From positions 121,518 through 141,517 of the forward strand of contig KZ538356.1 of the NCBI GenBank assembly GCA_000934665.2: 20,000 bases of DNA, written 5' to 3'. Source of the stretch: Catajapyx aquilonaris (lineage: Eukaryota). Position 1 is the first letter of the stretch, and each line of letters starts with the position of its first letter. The position numbers and the translations under genes were made by a program. The notes under the pieces are model-generated. The model was not told the DNA's origin. It searched no databases and was given only the letters and a program-made list of their open reading frames with translations. Below, piece by piece: positions 8,617 to 20,000 of the stretch.

Positions 8617-11102
8617 TCGCCGCTGATTTTCAAAAAAATCAACTTTGACTTGAAATTTTACGCTTATGGTGCATTTGCCAACAAAACGGATCGGATATTT
8701 CAAATCAGGGAGTCGTGTTTGATTTTTGGAGCTCAACATGCAAAATCACTGAACCCTTCCTTTGATACATGTATACCGCATAACATGACACATTAATTTC
8801 TTTACGATTCGGAGTAAAGTTGATTGTAAACTAGCCCGCACTCATTACAGGCAGTAAACATATATTCTCAGAAGTAATAAAGTGGTAGTACAAGTACCAT
8901 AATCCAACATACTGTAAAAAGCATTCTGGCCATCTCGTTCAATTGAACGCACCAATTCTCACACAAGTATTTTAGTTTTGCATTACTTTCTTATAACACT
9001 GTACTGTATTAAACTTGCTACACCCTCTCACGCTTTCAGCAAGTAGTAAGTGGAGGGAGGGAAACGCAACAACATAATTCAAGATCAATTAGCTGCTTCA
9101 GATGTACTGGCAAAACTCCCACCATCTTAACGTTCACTAGAGCGTGAAGAAAGAAAGCGTCTGGCAATTACTTCTAATTAATCGCGCCTCCGTCACAGTG
9201 GTATTCACTCCAACCTTCAAAGTCTTATACTCTATCTTCCTTTTAGGCAATGCTTGGAGGAGGTTTCATCCAGAATCGATCGGTTCTGATTATGATTACT
9301 CATGATTACCCGTAATCACTTTCTGGGAAGTACTGGTGATTACACCCTGAATGCACCATGTCACCTCGCAGGAGCAACACATTCGACAGCGTCGGCTGAG
9401 AGTGCAGGAATGGTTGCCTAGTATCCAGGATACTCCCAATAAGGCATCGGATCCAGTGTGTATGAGTACGAGTTAAGACGGGGGAGGTGGGGAGGATGGA
9501 GAGGTAAAGAGGGGGAAGGCGGGGAGTCCAATGGCGGCGCAGGCCCCTCCCCTCCTCCACTCGCCAGCCTCTCACGCATCCTGTCAAGCTATTACAGCGG
9601 CAAAACAGACATAAAAACCTGCCAGAGTGGGGGGGGGGGATGGGAGGGGGAGGAGGGTTGACGCGGGTGGGAGGGGGGGAGAGGGGAATCAATATTCCGC
9701 CTGCTAAATCATGCTTATCAAGAACACTTTTTCCTGACTACAAAACATTCAATTTAGGGCCAAGTTAAAATGAAATGGATTTTCATCCGCGCGAGAGAAT
9801 GAGATTTAGATTTGAAATTTGGTTGGCTGGCGCTGCGGCCGTGGACCCAAAAGATAGCTACTTTTCAAATGCATGGGAAGTCATACATCGACACAACTGA
9901 CTCGCTTCCTACTCATTTCCAGCGCCAAATCGACCCAATTCCCTTCGAACCAAAGGAGGCGACAACCACCCATCCCCCACACCTGTACCCCCCACCTTCT
10001 TTTTCTTTTCTTGCCTACCTATGCAAGCAGTATACACCTCTTTAGTGCCTTCCTTCATTTCCATTTCCTTCCTTCCACATACCCATCCGCCCAGAAAAAT
10101 GAACACAAAAAAACGGAGAAGGAAAAAAAAAAAATCTTTCCTAAAGCAGTTTGCTGTACAGTACCCCGCCGGTACTTTTGCTAAGTGGACCATTTCAACT
10201 ATTAGAAAACGTGCACTTCTGCACTTTTTCCTGTAACAAAGATGGCCTAATTAAGATTTATTTTGCAACACGAAGACAACAAAAAAAAAAAATGCTCCCG
10301 TGACATTTCTGGTAAATGGAAACTCCTCCCCAACTGCAGAATCGACAAACGAGCGAGACAGATGGCCATCCTGCATGACAGCGTGTACCTATAATGGGGA
10401 TTTATGTCGAGCTTTAGATGAAAAGATTAAAAACAAATGTGAAAATATATGTCATGAAACCTAACAAAATTTCAAAGCTTTTAATTACGCCTTGCACAGA
10501 AAGGCCGTTGAATGGCAAGGACCTTTCAAAATTCGTATTTAAATTGAACATGTCACAAAATAATTGCATTAATTTTTAACACCCCACCCCCATCATCCAC
10601 TTGGGCACTTCAAAGAGCACTACATCAATTGATAATCTCATGCAAAATTAGTAATTGAAGGGGTGGAAGCAAGTAGTTATTTCCTAAAAATCAATTTTTC
10701 TATGTAAGACTATAGATAAATTCTTTACTGACATAGAAAAACTGAGGCTCCGCGTGGAATTGTGAAGATGACTTGCTCAGTAACTTACTTCCGACGTGAT
10801 ATGTAACCAAGAGAATTTAACTTATACCTCTTAAGACTATAGCTAGAGAGTTTGTGAATATGCTGACCTAGCCAACTGTACAGTTTCTCAAATTCGCATG
10901 TATATTCACTCACCTGTTACCTAATTGTGTCGAGATCTCCCCGAGTGCGTGAAGCTTTCTGGGAGGCTGGAGAACCCCAGCATTGACCAGGCATAGTCAT
11001 ACTACACTTATACGTAATATCGCAAAGCACTGCTGTTCTCCACCTAAAACAATGCAATTTCCATGTAATAATACTCCACTGTAACGGACACGTCACCTAC
11101 GG

Positions 11103-11140
11103 CAGTGGTCTCAAAATTATTGTTGGTAGCGGACCCTTTC
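11103..11140 (+). mobile_element. Possible degenerate hAT-Charlie-like left terminus
   Basis: CAGTGGTCTCAAAATTATTGTTGGTAGCGGACCCTTT resembles the CAGTGGTTCTCAA..TTTT..GCGGACCC start typical of Charlie-family MITEs. No matching right end was found. Confidence 0.3.
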
Positions 11141-11492
11141 TCAACCGATTTATTCAGTGTTCAGTAACAATACCGCGGGTTAGACACATATGCGGTCATC
11201 CATATTTCACGAGGTCTACGAATGCGAATCTTTGTTTACAGAAGCTCAACACATGGCATAAAGGTATATAGTTTTCCACTATATGCACTTTACCCTGCAC
11301 AGTATTTGGCATACAGTATTCATGATCCGGCACAAGTCAGCCATTCTGTTCATAAGTCAATGGAAACACCATAATGGCGACTTTCTACAAAAAAGGATAG
11401 TTCCAAACCTTGTCAGCGTCAACATCACGAGGTTCATATTTTGTACAATTATTAGTTTATTACTGTAGGTGAAATTGCAGCTATACCTGACG

Positions 11493-11563
11493 CCGGATGG
11501 TGCATTTCGGAAGTCCACAGCAGTTCAAGTTGCTGGTTAGGGGAAAAGTGGTGCACCATCCGG
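11493..11563. repeat. Short inverted repeat (12-bp arms, 47-bp spacer), possible mini-MITE remnant
   Basis: CCGGATGGTGCA at 11493-11504 and TGCACCATCCGG at 11552-11563; the right arm is followed by TA. Confidence 0.5.
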
Positions 11564-13912
11564 TATATTTCATTTTACAAACAAATAACTCCTCCAAGAG
11601 TTGAAGATAATGCTGCAGTTCTTTTGATTCATACATCAGCCCCAAGGCAATAATATTTACTGCACATCTGAATTCCAGAAGTGGATAAGAAATCCTCGCT
11701 GGGACAACAGGAAAACTCGGCAGCTTTTAAAATTAGTCCATTTCAGTGCAGCATAAAATTCACAATTCCGCTCAAAATGGCAGGGAGGGAGATTTTTGCC
11801 TGTGTGACATCTGGAAACTTTGCTAAAACATCTGAGCAAAACAAAAGGCATAATGTGGCCGCGAAAGTTGTACTTGCTACAGCGAAAACAGGACATTCAT
11901 TCTAATTTTCCAAGGCTATTCTTGCCCCTAGTTTGCTCAGCAAGAGTTAACATCCAGATTAACTCTGACATCAATGTGCCTGTGGGGCGAAAAGATTAGA
12001 CACCTTCTTATTAATAAAGAGTAACTTATACAACAATTGCTTAATTAATGATGTAACCATACGTCAGACGTATTCTTTGCAGCAACATACCCACTGTCAT
12101 AACATACTAAGCCAGAATATTCCCACACTTTTAAAATGCAAGCATTAACTCGCCTGTCACAATTTCCTATCGCAAATGTTCAGCGGGGACTCGATGATAA
12201 AACACCTCAATGGGACCAATGGCAAAAAAAAGGGCCTGGACAATCAGATAAATCGCAATCAATAAGATAAATAGTGAATGATTCCAGTCAGTGACTCCAG
12301 TTAAATAATGTCAGCTTGTCATATCAGTCGCATACATTCTTCATATACCTTTCCGAATTGTCAAGCAAAGCAGGCTAAAATATCCATTACGTACAAGTTC
12401 ATTTTTTGCTATTCTCTTGCAACTACCACATGTCAGTCTCGAGACAAGTTAAATACTAATTTTTGTAGTTTCACTACCAATTCCAAGCAAAATTCATTTC
12501 TGTTGAATATGTGATGGAGTCAGAATCTGGACTATTTGCCACGATCACAGCAGTCATAATTTGATCAAAGTTGAGTTTTAATGAAGTCAAGACTTCGAAT
12601 AGCCATTTGAAGCTGGTACTGTACAAGGCATGGCCAATGTGCCTGAGCACGTGCAGCATCAGCATCAGAGACCAAAGCGGATTGGGGCTGACCAAAGAGT
12701 AGTACTGACGGTGAGGGAGGGAGGGCAGGGAGGGGAGCTGTCGCAGTCTTGTTTACGCCCTCTGGGCGCACCGCAAAGCATTAGGTAGGATGGAAATGGA
12801 GCCAGCCTACCTTTGTATAATAATGCAAGGCCAAAGCTGCTGCATTACCGCCCTTCATTACAGCACATAAATCCTCATTAAAATAAAAGCCAGGGAGACA
12901 GCTTGGACTGGTCCACCTCGCCTTCCAAAAGCACCTTTCCATCCATCTCACCCACATCATTCCACAGCAGCACAACATCAACAGTGAGTATGTGTCATAT
13001 GTGAGGGGGGAGAAAATATAGAGATGGATACCATGCCAGCAGCACAGCTTCTGCACATTTTCGCACTTTTGTTCCCTTGTTTCGTTGCGCTTGTACGCGC
13101 TGATATGCCCAGTTAAATGTTAAATAATAATGAATGGGCTCATTTGTCGGTCTTTTTCTGGCCCATTACCTTTTCCAGGAACTGCCTGCTTAATAAGGGT
13201 GTATAGCAAATTCCTTGACTGACCTGGTATGCCTGCTCAGGAAACTCATGTATAACTGAAGTGCAATTATATACGAGTACACCTTCTATTGCAGGTATGA
13301 CAACATAAGAAACGGATTTGGACTTGAGCCCACACGATGTAGTATTTGATGAGACGTGTTAATACATAGATCCACTATATTCTCAAGCATTTCTTTACTA
13401 TTCTACATGTTCTCTGCTTTCCGTCAAATTGATAATAAAATCACATGCTGCATAACTGTATATTTCACACATAATAATCTGCGTCCATTTTTCCAGAAGA
13501 CAATTGAATAACGCAAAATTTCACGTAGCAAGTCAAGAAAACTGAATACGAATCCAACAAGTTTTAAGTTCCCGTGAACTGCATTTAATAACAATTCTTA
13601 CCGTTCGAAGACTGATGGTTGAAAAGTCGTCCTTCATATGGCTGCGTGTATGGAGTCACCTGCAACGGAGGAAATCAAATTACTCATGCCATCTACCTCA
13701 TAATTGGCCTTGTAAAATCTATCAGCAGGCAACATCTTATATACGGTAATTATAAATTTTCATTCAACATCCTTATAGGCTATGGTAATTTGGCACTCAG
13801 CGAAATTCGATTGACCTGATAAAAAGTTACTATCCAGGCCACTTCAAGACAAAACGATCATCTGTGTAACACTTCACATAAATTCAAAACATGTACGTGA
13901 CATGATTAGTTG

Positions 13913-13915
<3 letters not shown>

Positions 13916-13985
<70 letters not shown>
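13916..13985. repeat. (TC)35 microsatellite
   Basis: Perfect dinucleotide run, 70 bp. Confidence 0.98.
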
Positions 13986-13988
<3 letters not shown>

Positions 13989-16956
13989 ATACCACATATC
14001 ATACATTTAAAAAAAGAGAAAGGATGAACACTGATATTTATTTATTTTGCTGGTTAAAGCAATAAGATGCTGTCTTGCATCTGACAGCGCGAGTATACTG
14101 AAATATGACTAATGTACTATACTGTACACGGATACTTGCCAGCGTGTTGTAGCATAAGACGAAGGAAATACAAAATATACCACCCATTCGCAGTTACCAC
14201 ATTGCAATAGGCGGGTCGAACATAAAAAGCACAAACCAGTAAACCTGACCACAATATCACATGTCATACGGTACATTATCTCCCCTGCTGTTAAGAACAG
14301 ATGTAATAAAATATGCTTGAACTAATTCATCAGGCTGAACCAGCTCAGGTATACAGTGTGTACAAACTTAAATATCCATGGTGGTTAGAAATTTGTTAGT
14401 CAGTAAACTGCTTCTTTTAAAGCAATTACTTTCGCATCGTTAATCTTTAGTTATCATCAAATGTATTAGATGGTAACATTCAGTTTCGTGGGCCAGTCCT
14501 TTGTAACGCTTGCACGGGGGGGCGTATAGCCGAAAAAAATGGGTTCTCTCATTAACGTTCGATACCAATTGTTCCACTGGGCCATTCCCAATCGGAAATT
14601 CATTGTATTCAGAGTCTGAATAGACGATTCAATTCGGTCTCATATAATAATATAACCTGCACAATAATATTAATTATGGATCGTACATATAGGGTAGGCC
14701 GGTCAGCAGAGGTATACAGCTTATCAATGAGGTGTTTTGTGTTCTTTACTTCTAACATTTTAGGTACACTTCCGGTGGTAGTTACCCAGAGGGTTCAGAC
14801 TATAGGGCTCTCTATAAGATCATTCAGAACTGTTCATAAACGAGTCGCTTACTTCTAGGCTGATATATCACAAGGAAGTGTGAAAGGCACTGATGTGTAA
14901 GTAGAATTGTTACATACTGATAATTTGCTAATTTGTCTCACCAAGGACATAAATTATTGTGTCCTCGACTGGCAGGGGACAAAACTACTGTAATTGTAAT
15001 AAAACGAACTCTTTGACCGCAGCTGTATTTCTCAGTGGCAAATGAACCCTTGTCGTGGTAAGTTAAATTACGACCTCCTAAGCACTGCCTTTATTATAGT
15101 TTCAATGATGCTAAGAAATTAATTAACAGCCTTCCCTACTAATTGGGATACCCTGTATTCCCACAGCGACACCGTTAGGGAAATTCCTTCCAAAAGCAAA
15201 TTTGCAAGCACATGGCAAAGAGGGTTTGACATTTGTCGCCACGTGCACTACATGAACCTGAAGAGAGCAAAATAAAAATGGTATACCATAAATAATATTT
15301 TGCTTATTAAAAAACGATGCACACTCTGAAGGAGAAGGTTAAGAAAGTCAGGCAAGCAAGGGAATTACGAGCGTTGAGGGATAGGCGATGATATAGAGCG
15401 CATTAGTTCTACCCTGGCGCCTTGGCAGCGATTCCTCTTTGTTTGTGGGCAGGGAAGAGGCCAATTAAAGGGCTCGAGGCGCTGCTAAGGACCCCCTTCC
15501 CACACACTTATCCTCATCAGGACGCCTCTCATTAGCCAACCTCACCTTTCCTTCCACTCACTCTTACGTACTAGTACCTCGCTACAAGTACTGCACACTA
15601 CGCTATACTGCAGCTCAATATCACTCTCCAAGGAAACCTATACCATTTCTATATTTTCCTTTATTCCAAAATTTACTGCCATTGAAATGTGGTTTTCATT
15701 CAAGTGAAACTTGTTAAAATTCTGGATGATAAAATTAGTTGGTGTGAGTAAAACTATTCCTTGCAGAAGTTATATCAAATTAAGACAAATAAAGTTTCAG
15801 TTAATTTTGCTGCCATGAAAAAAACCTGACAAGCCTTTAAATCTGGTGGTATTCTTAAAATATTCAAAACCGTACATCATACGAACCAGTTTTAGTCTCA
15901 GGCATTCGAAGAAATACAGGCTACAGCAGATAAAATGAACCTGCAAAAAGGAGTATTGTAGCATCATGTGTCCAATCTGTATTGTACCTAGTGACAAGTG
16001 GCTGTGCAATCCTTTGAAATGAAAATTTCAAAAAAAAAAAAAAAACTATTGCCGCCGGAGAGGTCTCCAAATAACACTTACAACCCTTGCAGAGCGTGAA
16101 ACTTCTTAAAGTCTATCAGTTGAGACGGAAAATCAGCTTAAAATGCAAAACATATCAGCGGTTCACCCATGAAATTACCCTACTTATAGGCTCCTGGTTC
16201 TTAAATTCTGCAGAAGTGGACTGCAGGGCCTGGAAGAGAGTCCTTCAATATGTCGTGTTGGCCGGAAACGTGCGAGAATCACGCAGCGCTCCTGATAATA
16301 ACTATTGAGTTAATGAGCAACGTAGGTCTTTATGGATCGCGGCGAATGCTCAGCAACAAGTAGGTAGCTCACTGCCCTCTGCCCTCCTCGTATTCATCAT
16401 CTTTCTTCGGCAAAACTTTCAAAAACAGGACTGCTCTTACACTCATCATACAGACCCAACACTGTTGCTGTTATGACATGTTATACTCCACTAATAAATA
16501 CAATACATGACACAAACAGTGTACTGTACATGTTCAGTACGATGTTGACGTATGTGTAGGGGCAAAAACCAAGTGAACACATGCATTGTAGCAGAGTCTG
16601 TATGTGTACAAACTTTTAATCATTCCAGTAATTATCATGAATCTTTATTGCAGATAATTTCATGCCGTATACTGCATTTGATCTACACTCGTGAAATACC
16701 CTGAAAATTTCGACACACCCTATAAAAATGCGAGTCGGCTGACACACCAGCAGGGAACTGATCCCATGTCGTGGCCATCGAACACACTACAACCTAACAA
16801 AAGGCAGCACGCTATGAACTGCCAAGTAGCCCGCTGCGATTACAAGAGTTTTGACGTGGATAAAACGCGTCGTGTGGAGAATGATTTTGCGCCAGCAGTT
16901 TGCGGCAAGAGTCAGCGCCTTTGAAGGAGCAATTAACGGCAAAGGAAGGAGAAGAG

Positions 16957-16960
<4 letters not shown>

Positions 16961-16993
<33 letters not shown>
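16961..16993. repeat. (CTG)11 trinucleotide repeat
   Basis: Perfect run; it explains the poly-Ala stretches in the spurious ORFs 16812-17222 and 16900-17103. Confidence 0.97.
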
Positions 16994-16994
<1 letters not shown>

Positions 16995-18429
16995 GCTTGA
17001 TTGTCTTGTGCTGGGCGCTCGATTCCAGTGGCGGCATCCAGCAGACTCTCCTCTCCTCACCTTCCAATTAAGAGCCGGAGCCAGTAATAAAGTGAGATCA
17101 TGATAAGCGATCAAAAGGCCACTAAACTGAATTATGCAGCCGTTTATTTTGCCGTTACTAGCTTGCCTCTGTTGCTGATCGAGGATCCTGCAATCGTTTC
17201 TGCTAACTCTTATCCACTTCAAATCGTGCCCTCAAGAAGATTCTGCTCCAGAGACGCGTATCAGAATACAGCGCGCGTTATTCCTCCTTTATAACTTAAG
17301 AGGTACGTGAACAATGTCTAAATGTCCGTTTTCATATGCGCATTAAGGCCCAAATCGGAGCGAAGAGTGTATCTAATTGTTAGCAGGACACGATGGTTGT
17401 TCAGTGAAGCAGATTCTTAGAGCACCATAATCTAAAGTTGGAGTGATAATTCAACTCCTGCTGTGAACAAAATTTTCCTCTCAGATTTAGCAATATTAAT
17501 CAGAAGAACATAAGCAGATCCATAAATGGTACATACCTTGATTAAACTAAATTAAGTTTTATAGTAAAAATTACTCCACCTTCATTGGAAAATTAGGCCT
17601 ACTTCAAATGAGCCTAAAAAATCTTTCAGACGAGGTATGTCCCAATCGTGGTGAACTTTCACTCATGCACCATTGGGTTGCCCATGGCAATCCACCGGAC
17701 AAGCCCACCATGTTTGTCAAATTAGTGTCAAAACATCCCGCCCCTTGATCAAGTTGACTTAATCGCTGTTGCATGCTCCTAATATGTTGTGCTCACACAG
17801 CCACTATATAGTGTAGTTTCCCCCCTGCTGGCAAAGCGTTGAATTGACTCTAGTTTCCAGTAGATCAAGGAGCAAAAAAAAACCCCGATCAACCACCAAA
17901 TGGTATCAAAAAAGGAGTGACCCATTTGCCAGACAGCAGATGATGAAAAAGTACCTTGCCAGCCGCACTCAAGGGGAGAGAATAATTAGACCAATAAATT
18001 TTTAATCGCAAGATAGGCGCTCATTCTGGCACGGAAAACTTTCTCACCATCCGCCCCAATTATAATTCTCGCGAGAAATTTTCATAATGGCGACCGAAGA
18101 ACATTTTAATACCTGTTCGGAACTAAATGTGGAGAAGAGTGAGATCGAGAACAGTTCTTCCCCCATTTTTATTCCTCCCCCACAGCAAAAGCGAAGATGA
18201 AAAAGAGACAGAAGACGAAGGAAGAGGTGTCATGTGGAGGGGTAGGTGGCCGATTACCACGTCAGCTTTTGTAGAGAAGAATTTTGGGTGGTAATTTAAA
18301 TGGAAATTGCTAATATCAAATGGCTTCTAAATGCGGGAGCTGTCTGCTGCAAGATGGATTCCCATCGGCTTTAATAACCTGACAAAGTAAGGGAGCGCGC
18401 GCATCAGGCGAGGGGAAGAAAAGAAACAG

Positions 18430-18575
18430 CCTAATCGATGCGCGGATATTTGGCATGTGACAAATAAACAGACAGGAAATTATTAGTCGCATTTATAACT
18501 GTCGAGAGCTGGAAAGCACCTAATTGTAAACATTGCCGGGAGAAGACGTCAGTGGCGGCCATTTGCATAATTCCC
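18430..18575. promoter_or_regulatory. Candidate enhancer (dense TF motif cluster)
   Basis: ATCGAT 18434-18439, FOX-type AAATAAACA 18462-18470 and TGTAAACA 18525-18532, ETS-like CAGGAA 18473-18478, TAATTG 18521-18526, CRE-like GACGTCA 18545-18551, octamer ATTTGCAT 18561-18568 followed by AATT. Function is inferred. Confidence 0.35.
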
Positions 18576-20000
18576 TTGGCTCTTCATGTCTCAGATAAGC
18601 GTCGGACAGAGGGGGAAAAATATGCCTGGCATTTTCTTTTTTTTTTCTCCCCCTTCGCTCGAATCTAGGGGGGAAAAAATAATGCATATTCTCTCATTCC
18701 CTTTCTCACGGTCGTCAACCCACATCACTATTATAGGGTCGGTCAGCGTTTCCAGATTACATCGTCCTCTTCAGTTCTCCTTCCAAGTGAATATGCGCCG
18801 GTGCAGAGGCACAACTGCAGCTGGGCTCCAAAATCTGCTCTATTCGGTAATCACCATCCTATACTTGCTTTTATATTCGGTAATCAGTGTGGCACGAAAG
18901 TGCTGGATAGGTCGTCACGTTTTACAACTCTGATCTCAGAGTATCGCAAAAAAAAGAAGAAAAGTGTAAGCTGCTCACTATACAGTCTCGGCATCGGTGA
19001 ACTGGAACGATGACGACCTTTGCTTATACCGTGCCCAGGTACATAAGCATGAACTCGGCAATATGTGCTAGCAAAAGTGAATTATACGCAGATTATCTCA
19101 CAGGTTAGTACAGCCTCCCACACCACAGGCGAAATACAAACTGGGGGAGATTTTTTAAAAATTGGGGTACAGATTCCTGAAATGTACTCCAGATTTTCAA
19201 ATTCTCCATAACAAGGAATGTGACGATTAATTAATAGGCTACACGTACTGTATGGCACGTATGGCTAATTAAAAGGCTATGTACTGTACAATATGCGTGA
19301 CAAAGAAAATATGTCGGATCCAGGTATAGGTATATAGTAATTTTTGAAATACCCCAGGACCCCCTCCACTCTGCATTAAATTTTCTATGGCAACTGGGTC
19401 ATTCCAGAATCGATCATAAAGGATGTTCACCCGATATATTTTTTGAGGAAATAGATATTTGGCGTGTAGGGAATGGAGGCTGTATAGTGGACACAATTAA
19501 GTTTTTTCATTCATAAGTAACGAGACATAACGATGTAAAATTTGATAATTGCTTCAAGGTATATTGCACGGCAGTACACACCTATAGGTGTGTACTGTGC
19601 ATGGTACAGATTATTTCGGTAACTATGTACTCCAAAAAAACGTAAAATTTTCTGATGCGGGAAATCCAGACCGTGACCAAAATTACCCACCATTTAACCA
19701 GGTGTACGTGTGTGGAACTATGACCCCAAGGGTCGAATTAATCCAAAAATGCCGATAATTTTGTCATGTGACCATCCATTCACATTGCATATACGCGGCA
19801 AAATAAATCTATACAAACTGTCTGAGATAAAAATTCAATATGGCATAGAACTGCCTGAAATTAGGCAAGTTGGCTGATTGCCCCATGCCCATACAGTCAT
19901 TGTTTGAGCTACACCCCTCGAATTTTATTCGAATAATCCTGGCTGTTAACTTTACTGAGTTTATGTCCAAAAGCAAAAAAGCAAACAGAAACCATTTTAG

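Larger units (their letters stand above)
8063..8761. mobile_element. Non-autonomous DNA transposon (MITE), Kolobok-like
   Basis: Perfect 28-bp TIRs: AGGAAGGGTTCAGTGATTTTGCATGTTG at 8063-8090 and its reverse complement at 8734-8761, extending imperfectly inward for ~50 more bp (shared GACTCCCTGATT). Flanked by TTAA (8059-8062) and TTGA (8762-8765). A TTAA target site with purine (AG) termini is the Kolobok signature, whereas piggyBac ends begin CC. No transposase ORF. Confidence 0.85.

Noticed and set aside
8016..8796. Similar peptides in ORFs 8016-8249(-) and 8479-8796(+) (IRES.LI..AQHAKSLNPSF), and the mirrored SSHKSGSFD motif
   Set aside because: Artefacts of translating the MITE TIRs and the palindrome from opposite strands, not paralogous genes.
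12241..12270. CAATCAA resembling the Tra/Tra2 element core
   Set aside because: It is on the wrong strand, upstream of the candidate transcript, and an incomplete match.
12968..12983. Possible plus-strand micro-exon (CCACAG|16 nt|GTGAGT)
   Set aside because: Isolated, not a multiple of three, and without supporting neighbouring exons.
15178..15187. NF-kB-type site GGGAAATTCC
   Set aside because: A single 10-bp match without clustering; not distinguishable from chance.
623..16185. Identical 15-mer GAAATTACCCTACTT at 623-637 and 16171-16185
   Set aside because: The flanks do not align, and one such match is plausible by chance in 20 kb of AT-rich DNA.
14688..16724. Tc1/mariner-like end fragments (TATAGGGTA 14688, TTGGGATACCCTGTA 15143-15157, CGACACACCCTATA 16711-16724)
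   Set aside because: They are too short and cannot be paired into an element with matching TIRs.
101..19693. All supplied ORFs of 60-168 aa as protein-coding genes
   Set aside because: Most start at GTG/TTG, are Pro/Gly/Arg-rich translations of low-complexity tracts or repeats, overlap in conflicting frames and show no recognisable domain.
19130..19775. Possible decayed DNA-transposon sequence
   Set aside because: Repeat-like texture, but no TIR pair, TSD or coding remnant could be defined.

Overview
Eukaryotic, most likely insect/arthropod, genomic DNA from a draft assembly (Ns inside poly-C/G runs). It is almost entirely non-coding; none of the supplied ORFs looks like a real protein. The one convincing coding feature is missed by the ORF track: a 69-nt minus-strand exon (4481->4413) with a good Kozak ATG and a canonical AAG|GTAAGG donor, encoding METTYYMGADGDVNRMFDQYLYK. 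From memory it resembles the short N-terminal extension encoded by the P1 exon of fruitless in hemimetabolous insects; this is tentative and needs BLAST. Positions 1-4412 would then be intron, ~4482-5960 a GC-rich 5'UTR/promoter, and the remaining ~14 kb upstream regulatory DNA with homeodomain/FOX/POU-type motif clusters. The clearest structural object is a nested mobile element at 8063-8761. It is a non-autonomous Kolobok-like DNA transposon (TTAA/TTGA flanks, AGG termini, 28-bp perfect TIRs). It carries a 5'-truncated tRNA-derived SINE bounded by an 11-bp target-site duplication and a 31-bp-arm perfect hairpin. Microsatellites and G-quadruplex-prone tracts are also present. I found no evidence for a new multi-gene system.
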